From Candidatus Thorarchaeota archaeon (GTDB lineage: Archaea; Asgardarchaeota; Thorarchaeia; Thorarchaeales; Thorarchaeaceae): 64,000 nucleotides of DNA. The stretch's first letter is position 1, and each line of letters begins with the position of its first letter. The translations under genes and the position numbers were made by a program. The stretch lies in NCBI GenBank assembly GCA_030612365.1, contig JAUWOA010000001.1:7184-71183 (forward strand), written 5' to 3'. Under the pieces are notes generated by a model, which did not search any database, was not told the DNA's origin, and saw only the letters and a program-made list of their open reading frames with translations. This document shows, piece by piece, positions 18,280-28,265 of the stretch.

Positions 18280-19542
18280 TTGACCAATTCCAACCCTAGT
18301 GTAGCAATAGGGCAATTGCGTGAGGCTTGGTCTGACATACGTACCTATACGTCAAGTATGTGGCAAATCTCAGCACTCTGTTTTTCAGTAGTTGCAATCT
18401 CTCTCAATGTATATTTAGCATCTCTTAACATGAATACTGAACTCCCAGCCATAGCAAAGGACTTCGCATTGATCATGGCACTGAGTTTTGTAGTTTTTAC
18501 AATTGCCACATTTCAATGGTTACGTGATAGTATTGTTAAAAGAGAACTGTATATTGGAAATATCGAAGTAGTTCTCTCAAATCTTACAACAGAAGATTCC
18601 GTCGTATCTTCTGTTCATTTATTTGATGTGACTTCTAGACCGCTCAAGTATGTACTAAGGCTGTTCTATTTAGTAGCTAGCATGTTGGTTTTACTTTTGA
18701 CCCCATCTCTCCTAGAATATCAACAAGTATTGATGTCGCCTGCCGCTATCCTCTCTATTCTAGTGATTATCGGAACCGCGATCGCGTTACGCTTTTTTCG
18801 AAATAGAATACACATACTCAGGAATCGATTCAAGTCGATTTTGCATATGCTTATCATCACTTCAGTCATTGTCTTTCTTGCTGAGCTCTATCTTCAAATG
18901 GAGGAGATTCCATTTGACTTCGCATTATCATCTTTGATTGTTGGTGGAACCATCTTTATCCTATATGCACTCTCAAAACAGCTTATGAGTTTGAATCTCC
19001 GGATAGATTTTGCTTCCCGTCTCACTCGTCTTCCAGTTGAGAAGAAGGCGCCTTATAGCTTCAGCAAATCCGCAACCATTGCTGCCCTGCAGATGATATT
19101 TGGCTCTGATTGGAAAGAAACAGATCTTGGTGTATGGTGTAAGTTGGGGGTGGATAAGAAATGGAACCTTCGTATCAGTTCCTCTGATTTCTTCAATAAT
19201 ATGCGCGATCGTGATATTCAGTTTGAAAAATCTATCCTTTTCCATACTCAATCGACGGTAGTAATTGATGTTGACAAATCAGACTTAGACTCTGTTGCAC
19301 AAGCATTCGGACTGGATAAAACTCAAGCTAATGCAATTACGCTGAACGCAAAACAAATACTAGGCCATCCTGTATTAGGGACAAATAACGAAATTGAGTG
19401 CATTATTATTATCAGATTGGTCAAGGATTTGAAATTCAATGTTAATGGAGCAATACCAGTATTCGCTTATCTAGTTGAAACATTGAAAGAACTTGCATTC
19501 ATCAGAAATCGATATGCTCACGAAGATGAATTAGGATGGTAA
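18280..19542 (+). CDS. Polytopic membrane protein with C-terminal HEPN-like (Abi_C-type) motif
   Basis: Several hydrophobic helices lie in residues ~20-230. The C-terminus LAFIRNRYAHEDE fits Rx4H. Confidence 0.4.
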   Translation: MTNSNPSVAIGQLREAWSDIRTYTSSMWQISALCFSVVAISLNVYLASLNMNTELPAIAKDFALIMALSFVVFTIATFQWLRDSIVKRELYIGNIEVVLSNLTTEDSVVSSVHLFDVTSRPLKYVLRLFYLVASMLVLLLTPSLLEYQQVLMSPAAILSILVIIGTAIALRFFRNRIHILRNRFKSILHMLIITSVIVFLAELYLQMEEIPFDFALSSLIVGGTIFILYALSKQLMSLNLRIDFASRLTRLPVEKKAPYSFSKSATIAALQMIFGSDWKETDLGVWCKLGVDKKWNLRISSSDFFNNMRDRDIQFEKSILFHTQSTVVIDVDKSDLDSVAQAFGLDKTQANAITLNAKQILGHPVLGTNNEIECIIIIRLVKDLKFNVNGAIPVFAYLVETLKELAFIRNRYAHEDELGW

Positions 19543-20148
19543 TTCCCTGAGTCATATAATTTCTTGGACATTTTCCACAGTCCAACTATGCTAATTTCGG
19601 TTTTGTGTCATACTTAGGAAAATGGGGAGTTGGACAGATTCAGAATGCTGCTATTTCTTCGTGTGAATTTCGTTAGCTGATACGGTTTCATACGAGTTCA
19701 CGTAAATCAATAAGGTCCGCATTAACTACTTCGCGAAGTGCCCATTCTGGATACTTGACAATATACATTGTTTTCCTCCGTTCAGCATCCCAGAATTTCT
19801 TCTCCTCCCTACGGTTCGTAGGAGCGAATGGATTTACAGGTTGAATCGATGCATAAGCTGGAAAAAGGAAATCAAACTTGAACCTGCATTTCACCAAGCA
19901 TCATCACAACTCCTAGACTCCCAATTTCAGGTATGGCTATTACAGACTGACTCCCCTCTGCTGGTTTTGGAAGATTCATGGCAAATTAGTGTTATTGTGA
20001 TTATAAAATCGAACCTCATGAATAATGAGAATGGTTGATAATGATAGCTTATTGTCAGTCATAAGGCGATTTTGTAATTGAAAAGAAACCTAATATCGAA
20101 CTCCACAGAATCTGGTAGACAACTGAAACACAATGGGAGAGGAAACTC

Positions 20149-21135
20149 ATGTCAGATGATGAAAACATGCCCGTATATGATGGAAGCATCGAAAAGTATC
20201 TCAATTATATATCCCGCATAGCCAGCAAAAGGCAAAAGCACCTGCTGAATTCGGCAGAAGAAGATTGTGATTATATCGCTAAATCCTATTGGCACACTTT
20301 CGGAATCACGGGAATAGTCACTTTCTCTTCTCAACCTTATCATCAGAAGGATCAAGATCTTCATTGGCAATATGTAAAGAAATGGATCGGAATCCGGTTT
20401 AGATTACAGGAAACTCTGAATATACTGCAGGACTCAATGACTCTAGGATTTCAAGGAAGAACATCAAGTGCATTCAATCTATTGCGTTCTGCTTTGGAAA
20501 GCATTGTGACTGGAGTATTCTACTATTTTCTGTCTCAGAACCATTATCGAGAAATCGCTCATATTGTGAAGCATAAAACAATTGGACGAAACAACCACAG
20601 GTTCCAGGATCTTGTTAAAGAAGCTATTGATAGCATTGAGGATAAAAGCGAAGTGCCATTAAGGCTGGAATCTCAAATTGCAGGAATCGCTTCAGAATCG
20701 CAGCCGCCTTTGATTTTGCCCACTTTTAGAGAAATGACTAGGCAAATCGCTGAATGGAAACTTGTGGGCCATTCAGCTGACGAAACAATGAATCTTCTAT
20801 ATAGAGGATTTTTCAACGAGTTCTCTACTTACACACACTCTCTATTTGAATCGACTTATGTCCAAAGTGGGACTAGCGCCGGAAACATCAATTTATTGCT
20901 AGGTTGGGATATCGATTTGAATGCCTTCCAAGAGTATTCACGTCTTTTCAATCTAACCTGCAGTACAGTCCTAATTCTCTATCTTTCATCGACATTAGAA
21001 TTACAGACAACCTCTGCTTTCTCTAAATTGTTTTCCATTTACCTAAATAAACATCCAGATGTTGAGTCCGTATTTGGTGAAATTACTGAACAGATTAAAG
21101 GGTTAATCAAAAAAAGTCGGAAAACGAATCAATGA
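20149..21135 (+). CDS. hypothetical protein (328 aa)
   Basis: ORF only. Confidence 0.4.
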   Translation: MSDDENMPVYDGSIEKYLNYISRIASKRQKHLLNSAEEDCDYIAKSYWHTFGITGIVTFSSQPYHQKDQDLHWQYVKKWIGIRFRLQETLNILQDSMTLGFQGRTSSAFNLLRSALESIVTGVFYYFLSQNHYREIAHIVKHKTIGRNNHRFQDLVKEAIDSIEDKSEVPLRLESQIAGIASESQPPLILPTFREMTRQIAEWKLVGHSADETMNLLYRGFFNEFSTYTHSLFESTYVQSGTSAGNINLLLGWDIDLNAFQEYSRLFNLTCSTVLILYLSSTLELQTTSAFSKLFSIYLNKHPDVESVFGEITEQIKGLIKKSRKTNQ

Positions 21136-21455
21136 AATCAAGGCGTGCGAGGAAGAGAGCCAATTGCTCATGTGTGAGCAGTTCAAGGCTGCTTTAGCAC
21201 TATTCGGACTCTGCCTCCTCCAGAGCCAAAAGGATGATGACGATGCAGAATCCGTCCTAGATAAGGTCGAAATGCACTCCAAATTGTTTGCGCCTGTTAT
21301 CATGCCGATGATAAACGACTTGTGGAACCTTCTGTAGGAAGGAGCTAAGGTCAGTGAATAGCTGGAATCTACAGAGTTTCGGTGCTAGCCTGCTTTGCTT
21401 ATGTAGAACTGGGTACCGACAAGGGTGATAAAGGAACAAGCTCATGTAGACAAGC

Positions 21456-22643
21456 GTGAGGGGAATAAATGTGGCTCATAAGGCACTTCTTGTTTTGGTC
21501 TACCTGTTTGTAATGTTTCCATTTGCTTCGGAGCCACGTCTAGCAATAGACAAGTATGGAACCACAGGCATGAGTCTAACCGCCGATTATACGCCTCACG
21601 ATCCAATCTTAATAACATCCGATGATGACTTCGAAACACAAGGTTGGCCTGGCAGTGGGACTCCTGAAGACCCGTTTGTGATTGAAGCCCTTTCCATAGA
21701 TGTCGCCAGAGGCGGTCATTGTATGGAACTTCGAAATACTAGAGCAAGCTTCACCGTAAGAAGCTGCTTTCTGAGTCATTATGGCGATGAATGGGTTGGA
21801 GGAAGTCATGCCAGTACAGGTGTTAAGCTTTTCAATAGTACACATGGAATAGTTGAGAATAGTGGATTTATTGAAAATGGAGTCGGCATCTATATGCTCA
21901 TGTCGAACAACACGATGATTAAGGATAATGACTTCTCTGGAGTGGCCGATGACCCCATCATATCTGCCATTTCAAGTCATGTGACAATCTCGAATAATAT
22001 CTGTAGTGGTAACAGCTTTGGCATAGATGTCACCAAGCATGGACATGACTATTCACCAGCCTTAGACATCCTAAAATCCTATTCCGGAATCTACAATGAC
22101 ATTACCGTTGTCAACAATACCTGTACCGGTGACAAGCTTGGCATTTTGATATCAGGTTGTATGTCTGGCACCATTATGAATAATACTGCCTTTAACAACG
22201 ATTACTACTGGGATGATGGTGAAGAAGGAGCCATGACACGTGGAAGCAATTTCATGATAAGTGATTCACAGAATCTTCTCTTTACAAATAATACTGGAAT
22301 TGCAAAAGGGGTCTGCATTAGCATCAAAGGCAGTTTAAACATCTCAGTTGTGGGCAATTCTTTCACAAGTCATGAATTCCATCCTGCTTATGACGAGTCT
22401 AAATTGGCTTTCTTTGACTACAATTATTACTCCAACTATGATGGAATAGATGAAGATGGTGATGGTATTGGGGATACTCCCTATTTTGACCTATATGGAA
22501 ATATTCAGGATGAACATCCATTGATGTACTATCCTTGGTGTGAACCCGAAATTGATTCCAGCGACTTTATTCTGCTATTGGTTATCGGCGGTTTGTCAAT
22601 CACAGCTATAATCATTGTGATTCTGTGGTTCAAGCGTTCCTGA
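21456..22643 (+). CDS. Secreted/cell-surface protein with right-handed parallel beta-helix repeats and a C-terminal membrane anchor
   Basis: N-terminal hydrophobic signal (ALLVLVYLFVMFPFASEP). Repeated segments of the form G.....N...G..I (NSGFIENGVGIY, ISNNICSGNSFGIDV, VVNNTCTGDKLGILI, FTNNTGIAKGVCISI). C-terminal TM FILLLVIGGLSITAIIIVILWFKRS. Confidence 0.55.
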   Translation: MRGINVAHKALLVLVYLFVMFPFASEPRLAIDKYGTTGMSLTADYTPHDPILITSDDDFETQGWPGSGTPEDPFVIEALSIDVARGGHCMELRNTRASFTVRSCFLSHYGDEWVGGSHASTGVKLFNSTHGIVENSGFIENGVGIYMLMSNNTMIKDNDFSGVADDPIISAISSHVTISNNICSGNSFGIDVTKHGHDYSPALDILKSYSGIYNDITVVNNTCTGDKLGILISGCMSGTIMNNTAFNNDYYWDDGEEGAMTRGSNFMISDSQNLLFTNNTGIAKGVCISIKGSLNISVVGNSFTSHEFHPAYDESKLAFFDYNYYSNYDGIDEDGDGIGDTPYFDLYGNIQDEHPLMYYPWCEPEIDSSDFILLLVIGGLSITAIIIVILWFKRS

Positions 22644-22830
22644 CCTTTCTGTGAATTTGGATTCTATTTGAACTCGTGTTAGTTGTTGATAGATTGGAAT
22701 GGGCCCTTGTCGCATGCAGGGCATCATCCTGGGAGATCGCGCACGGCAGCGATTCACAAGTTCTGCACGTTCAAGTCGCCCTTTGTGGTGTTCTTTAGGA
22801 CAGCTCCAGACCAACCTACGGTAGACCATC

Positions 22831-25389
22831 TTGGAAAAGAACTACAAGAATCAGGTGTATGCGATCGAGATTACTGAGATTCCTAGGTCCTACTTCGAGC
22901 ATGCCATGAAGCATCTTGAGAAAAAAGCCTCCAGTCCGACACATGTCAAGCTTGAGAGATTCCTAAGTTCTCTTTCACACACGGATGTCCCAACTGGATT
23001 CAGGATTCAAGGGTTAGGAGGGAATGCTCGACTGCTCTACGTTACAAGAGGTACTAGGTCGAATATGGAAGCCATCAAGGAGAGCTTTGCAGCGCACTTC
23101 CCTGAGTTCGTGGTCCAGTCCTTATCCGAAGTTGGGTGCCCTTTGGTGGCTGGACAAGCGAATGCTGCGTTATTGACCGGAGTTCCCCAGCCAGCTGTCC
23201 AAGCATTGCAGGCAATGACAGAGATTATGGTCAACTTCAAAGGTAATTCATTATACCAAGTCTGGATGGTTCCTGCGGGGCCAAGTAGGGTTAAACGAAT
23301 TCTTGCAAAGAAGCGCTACAGGTCTGCTTTGGAGGGCTCCCAGAGGCAAAAAACGACTCAGACTTGGCTGGGGGGTCAAGAAACTGCAACACAGGCTGAT
23401 GTAAACGCCAAGATGAGCCTCAAACATCTTGAGAGAAACTATGAGAGATCAATCTCGAATCGCATTCTGAAATGTCAAGTCACATTGGCATTCTGGGATC
23501 GACCGGATTCGGAAGAGAAGCTGAGAACTGCTGTGAACGCATTGCTTGCAGCACTCTCATCCAGCCACAGAAACGCCAGGATGAAGGTCAGGTTTCTCTC
23601 AGGTAAGATTGCCCAAGAAGTGATTCGGAAGACGCTCATGCTAGAAAGGAGGAGGATGACAACTGAACTGCTGCCGAAAGAAGCGGTTTCATTGGTTGAA
23701 ACCCCCAGTGTCGAAGTGGGGACAAGAGTAGGCAGCCCAGCATCATTTTCAACATCTGGTAGCAAAACAACACAACCGACATCAGAGACCCTAGAATTCC
23801 AAACTGACCATATCGCTCTCGGTCATGTATTCCGTCACAACACTGTTGACAAGTCACGAACGAAGCTCATCGAGATGGAGCAACTTAGACTCCACACGGC
23901 CATCGTAGGAATGTCAGGGTCAGGAAAGAGCACTACAAAGAACAGGATTGTCATCGACGCCTGGAGGAACGGAATTCCTAGTCTGTTGATTGAGCCGGTG
24001 AAAGCCGATGCACGCATTCTCATGGGTGCCATTCCTGAGATGCGCATCTTCACGGTGGGCCGGGAGGATGTGGCTCCCTACCGCCATAATCCGTTTCTGA
24101 TTGACGCGAACGTGCCAGTTCAACTTCACATTGACTTGCTCTACTCATGTTTCTTGGCTGCATGGCCACTCTACGGCATTCTTGCTAACCATTTGCGCAA
24201 GGTGATAAATCGGACGTACAAGCATAATGGATGGGATTTGCTCAACAATCGTCCGGGAAAAACCATCACGCTGGACATGTTTCTAGAGGAAGCAGAAACC
24301 TATTCACGAAACCTCAGATATGGTGCGGAACTCAAGAAAGACTTCGAAGGAGCAATTGTGGCCAGAGCTCAGGATCTCTGTGACCAATCGCGCGCGGCAA
24401 TTCTCAACGCTGAAAGGAACTTACCAATCGATGAGCTGCTCTCAAAGCCAACCATCATCGAGCTGAAGCACATTGGTGACCCTAGCTTCAAAGCCCTTAT
24501 GCTTAGTCTCCTTATCATTCGTGTTTACGAATTCTTCGACAAGCTTGGTCCCGCGAATAAGCTCCGCAATCTGCTTGTAATCGACGAGGCGCATAGCTTC
24601 CTTGAAGAACTGCCCAGAATTGCGGACATGAGTGAGGGCGCAGTCTCAAGAAGGCAAGTTCTTGACCAGCTGTTGAACCTAATTGCAGAGGCTAGAAGTT
24701 CGGGACTTGGGCTTGTGATAGCTGACCAGAACCCTGCGCGTCTATCGCGTGATGCTCTCAAGACCTGCAACACTAAGATTGTACATCGTCTTACGAGTCC
24801 AGAGGATTGGGACTTGCTTGGTCGGGAAACAGGTTGTACTCCAGAGCAGGCACGGCACATAGGCGTTCTGAAGAACGGAGAGATTGTTCTACGTTTGCCT
24901 TCTGACGATGTTCCGACCAAGGTAAAGGTGTTCCATGACCCTGAGTTTCACCCCGACATGAAACAGAATTGGACAGATGATGATGTAAGAAGAAGAATGA
25001 AACTATTCTATGATACACATCTAGATTTTGCCATAACACCAAGAGCACCACAACTTGAATCCGGAACCAACAGAGATGACATAGTCCAACTAGCACTTCT
25101 GGTGGAAGATGTGGTTCAGGATGATGATTTTCGCAGACTGTATCTCGCATCAATAGGTGTCAAGGGCCAGGACGACACAGCACACCGAGTCGAAGAGGTA
25201 ATCGCCTTCTACGCGGCCAGCCTTCAGGTTCCGAACCTGAACCCGATTGAGTTCGCGTGGGTGCTCTTGAAACGATCAGTAGAGGTTCTTGGAGCGCCCT
25301 CCAACCCTCCAGACCGTGACTTGGTGGCTAAGCTAGTGGGTGATAACCTGCAATCGGGCTTGACTCCGCCCGAGAGCGGAGGGGTTTGA
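22831..25389 (+). CDS. HerA/FtsK/VirB4-like (DUF87-type) P-loop ATPase with ~330-aa N-terminal extension
   Basis: Walker A AIVGMSGSGKSTT. Walker B LLVIDEAHSFL. HerA-type motif LVIADQNPARLSRDALKTCNTKIVHRLTS (the QRP....QCNT.I..RL pattern). Confidence 0.65.
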   Translation: MEKNYKNQVYAIEITEIPRSYFEHAMKHLEKKASSPTHVKLERFLSSLSHTDVPTGFRIQGLGGNARLLYVTRGTRSNMEAIKESFAAHFPEFVVQSLSEVGCPLVAGQANAALLTGVPQPAVQALQAMTEIMVNFKGNSLYQVWMVPAGPSRVKRILAKKRYRSALEGSQRQKTTQTWLGGQETATQADVNAKMSLKHLERNYERSISNRILKCQVTLAFWDRPDSEEKLRTAVNALLAALSSSHRNARMKVRFLSGKIAQEVIRKTLMLERRRMTTELLPKEAVSLVETPSVEVGTRVGSPASFSTSGSKTTQPTSETLEFQTDHIALGHVFRHNTVDKSRTKLIEMEQLRLHTAIVGMSGSGKSTTKNRIVIDAWRNGIPSLLIEPVKADARILMGAIPEMRIFTVGREDVAPYRHNPFLIDANVPVQLHIDLLYSCFLAAWPLYGILANHLRKVINRTYKHNGWDLLNNRPGKTITLDMFLEEAETYSRNLRYGAELKKDFEGAIVARAQDLCDQSRAAILNAERNLPIDELLSKPTIIELKHIGDPSFKALMLSLLIIRVYEFFDKLGPANKLRNLLVIDEAHSFLEELPRIADMSEGAVSRRQVLDQLLNLIAEARSSGLGLVIADQNPARLSRDALKTCNTKIVHRLTSPEDWDLLGRETGCTPEQARHIGVLKNGEIVLRLPSDDVPTKVKVFHDPEFHPDMKQNWTDDDVRRRMKLFYDTHLDFAITPRAPQLESGTNRDDIVQLALLVEDVVQDDDFRRLYLASIGVKGQDDTAHRVEEVIAFYAASLQVPNLNPIEFAWVLLKRSVEVLGAPSNPPDRDLVAKLVGDNLQSGLTPPESGGV

Positions 25390-28104
25390 GTGGGTTCCCG
25401 ATTCAAAGGGATTGAATCAAAGACCAAGGCGCAGCTTAGGAGGGAGCTAGCATCTAAATTAACAGAAGCTGCTCAGGAGTTCCAAAGAAAACAGAAACTG
25501 AAGAAGAGAGAGAAGAAGCACCTTCACGGTGACCTTCCCAAAGACCACAAGCCTATCGTGTCAGATGCGTACTTGGTCGATAGGAAGAAGTTCGATGAAT
25601 GGATTGAACGTGAGTGGAAGCATATGTTTCCCACCGGAAATAAGAAACGTTCAAGCAGGTTTTCTGCTTCCGAAGTGAAGGACTCAGGGAAGGGCTTGTT
25701 ACGAACCATTGCTGAAGCCTTCAGATTCTCAGTTGCTCGCAAGAGTGACGATAGCTCGAGTGAAAAAAACAAGGATTCCCACGATCGAGAGGAGCAAAGC
25801 AAACCGACCAAGAAAGCCAAGCGAGAGTCAACCTCTGGCGTTGAATCCGCACAGGAAAAGCGGTCTAGACCTTCAGGTTCAGATGCTAAGAAAAACAGAA
25901 CGGCATCGGAAACTCGGAGGGATTCAAAGGAGCGGCATCATCGCAGGTCGAGAACGGAACGACCTGAATCCAAGATGACCAAGAGAGAGAAAGATGTTGG
26001 ACAAGTCAGAGTAATTCGTTCAATGGAAGACTTCAATCGAGCACTCAAGAGATACCCGGAATTCCGCTATAGAGAGAACTTCGAGAAAGAGTATGGCAGG
26101 ATAAGACAGTATTTTGAATCAGACGAAAGCCGTCGAAGACATACTCCAAAACTTCTATCATTCATTGAGAGGAAGGAGCTGCATCTTGCATATGAAAGAG
26201 ATGTTGGCCACCCCCCAGAAGTCAAAATAGAAGGTATGAAGGATGTAGACAAATTACTTGGCAAACATGACAATCGACAACAATGGAAAGGCTTCAAAGA
26301 AGATTATCGGATGGCAACGGTGTACTTCGAAGTCAGATTTAGTCGCGAAAAGACAACGGAACTAGCAAAGATTCACAATGTCCCCCAAAAAAGAATTGGC
26401 GTATTCAAGAAGTTAGCGGAATCAGCTCTAGTATCTTCTCTACGTAGAATGGAAGAACGAAGGATTGTAGAGAAGTGGGCGGAATCCAATCTGGAGTCAC
26501 ACCTTAGGGCTTTGGACAAGCAGGTTTCAGAGAAGAGAGAGAAGACACCATCTCCTAGAGAATCATCAATCAATCCGATTTCGCCCGTAGATGCGACTCA
26601 CATTTATGACAAGCTCTCCAAGATAGGAGAAGGGGATCTCAAAGCTGGAAGGCTAACAGATGCAGCTGTAGAGATGGCCGGAATGATAGCTGAAGGCAAA
26701 GCTGGTCTATCTTTCATTGAAATTGACAAGATTGGTCTAAAGAAGCAGGACGTTAGGAATCTAACGCGAATCATCGAAGACAAGCACCAAGATGTTGAAT
26801 CCGCCCTTCAAGAACGACTTGAGCTAGGTTCTACTAACTGGGAATTCCGATTTGGGATTGCTGAAAATCGGATTTATCTGTGGAAGTTGAATAAGACGCT
26901 TAACGACATGCTGAATGTCTGGTCTGACCATTATTTCTACTTCAATCGGGTTGACATCGTGAAAATGCTAGATGATTTCGGAAGAAAACTTCAACTCCCT
27001 GATGGCAGATCACACGAAATTAGGCATTTCAACGGAATGATACAATCCTTGGTTTCAGAGGTCGCAGCAGCCCAGGTTAAAGTTGAACGTGGGCAATCAC
27101 GTTTGAGGGGGGATGTGCTTCATCTCTATCGTGATGTGGTTGGGCTTGACAATCTCGATTTCCATGGCAAGATGGTTAAGGTGGCTTCAAGACTGGGTCG
27201 TGGTCCAATCTATAACCCAAAGATTCCCACCGGAAAGGAACTTGAGCTTCTTAGAAGCCAATTCGGCGCGGCGGTGAATAGCGACTGTTGGCTAGGTGGC
27301 GATGGCCGAATGTATTACTATGAAGCTGACCTTAGCCGAATTAAGATAGTCCAGGAACAGCTTCAGAAGCTAGGTGATATTGAATTGCGACTGCAACCTA
27401 TGACGGGACGAAGCTATCGGATGCTCTTACCTCGGCCGATTGGTAAGGCTTTCATATCTTGGGAATTCGCCACAGATGACAAGTCTATCAAAAACGAACG
27501 GCTGTCGAGATTCGTTCGAAAGGGAAACCGTAATGTTTGGATTGCCTATCACAAGAATCTCATTCCAGAGGATGGCTCTATCACTGAAGAAACAGGATTT
27601 CAGTGGAGTAGGTCTATTGTACTTAATCCTGGAATTCAAGATGCGAAATATGGCTTAAGGCCACAACTGTCTGAACAAGATATCTCCATCATCAGAGAAA
27701 ACGGTAGACGTGATAAAAAGAGGGGATACATTCACCTTCAACTCAGTGCGTTCCTGAAATCCGATAATGAATCGAAGTCTGAAGCAATTGAGAGAATGGA
27801 ATCTGTGATATCAAGCAATAGAAGTAGGCTCATTGACGATGAATCTGACTTGGCAGAGAAACTTGGAATAAAAATGAGAGTCTATCCAGAGAGCATCACG
27901 CTGTATGAAGGAACAGGTAGAGTATCGATAAAATGGGTCGCAAAGACAAAGGATACAGAAAATGCAATCAGATGGTGGCTCTTGGCTCCTCCCAATGATG
28001 TAAGGAAGAATGGAATCGTGAAGAACTGGCTTCTAAAAAAGCTGGGTGCTGTTCAAAGAGTGCAAAGACAGCTTGAGGATGAAGGACTACTGAAAAAGAA
28101 GTGA
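25390..28104 (+). CDS. Large partner protein (904 aa) of the HerA-like ATPase. Lys/Arg/Glu-rich N-terminal ~200 aa. No recognised domain.
   Basis: GTG start at 25390 directly abuts the upstream TGA at 25387-25389, which indicates translational coupling. Its stop at 28102-28104 abuts the tRNA-Ala 3' end. Confidence 0.55.
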   Translation: MGSRFKGIESKTKAQLRRELASKLTEAAQEFQRKQKLKKREKKHLHGDLPKDHKPIVSDAYLVDRKKFDEWIEREWKHMFPTGNKKRSSRFSASEVKDSGKGLLRTIAEAFRFSVARKSDDSSSEKNKDSHDREEQSKPTKKAKRESTSGVESAQEKRSRPSGSDAKKNRTASETRRDSKERHHRRSRTERPESKMTKREKDVGQVRVIRSMEDFNRALKRYPEFRYRENFEKEYGRIRQYFESDESRRRHTPKLLSFIERKELHLAYERDVGHPPEVKIEGMKDVDKLLGKHDNRQQWKGFKEDYRMATVYFEVRFSREKTTELAKIHNVPQKRIGVFKKLAESALVSSLRRMEERRIVEKWAESNLESHLRALDKQVSEKREKTPSPRESSINPISPVDATHIYDKLSKIGEGDLKAGRLTDAAVEMAGMIAEGKAGLSFIEIDKIGLKKQDVRNLTRIIEDKHQDVESALQERLELGSTNWEFRFGIAENRIYLWKLNKTLNDMLNVWSDHYFYFNRVDIVKMLDDFGRKLQLPDGRSHEIRHFNGMIQSLVSEVAAAQVKVERGQSRLRGDVLHLYRDVVGLDNLDFHGKMVKVASRLGRGPIYNPKIPTGKELELLRSQFGAAVNSDCWLGGDGRMYYYEADLSRIKIVQEQLQKLGDIELRLQPMTGRSYRMLLPRPIGKAFISWEFATDDKSIKNERLSRFVRKGNRNVWIAYHKNLIPEDGSITEETGFQWSRSIVLNPGIQDAKYGLRPQLSEQDISIIRENGRRDKKRGYIHLQLSAFLKSDNESKSEAIERMESVISSNRSRLIDDESDLAEKLGIKMRVYPESITLYEGTGRVSIKWVAKTKDTENAIRWWLLAPPNDVRKNGIVKNWLLKKLGAVQRVQRQLEDEGLLKKK

Positions 28105-28181
28105 TGGTGGACCGGGTGAGATTCGAACTCACGACCTCCTCCATGCCAAGGAGGCATTCTACCAGGCTGAACTACCGGCCC
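28105..28181 (-). tRNA. tRNA-Ala (anticodon GGC), genomically encoded CCA
   Basis: The reverse complement is GGGCCGGTAGTTCAGCCTGGTAGAATGCCTCCTTGGCATGGAGGAGGTCGTGAGTTCGAATCTCACCCGGTCCACCA. Acceptor stem is 7 bp with a G3:U70 wobble, which is the alanine identity element. T-arm is GTGAG/TTCGAAT/CTCAC. Anticodon stem is CCTCC/GGAGG with loop TTGGCAT. Confidence 0.85.
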
Positions 28182-28265
28182 ATGTTGTTAGTTTGCAAAT
28201 CCTAAGAGAACGGTTAAAAGAATTGTGGAGTGCTATCCTATTTCGAGCATAAGGTAGTTGATAGT

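Noticed and set aside
23037-25153. Multiple short minus-strand ORFs inside the HerA-like gene (23037..23240, 23475..23765, 24525..24920, 24791..25153 and others)
   Set aside because: They are antisense to a long ORF with clear Walker A/B and HerA motifs. No motif support for the short ORFs.
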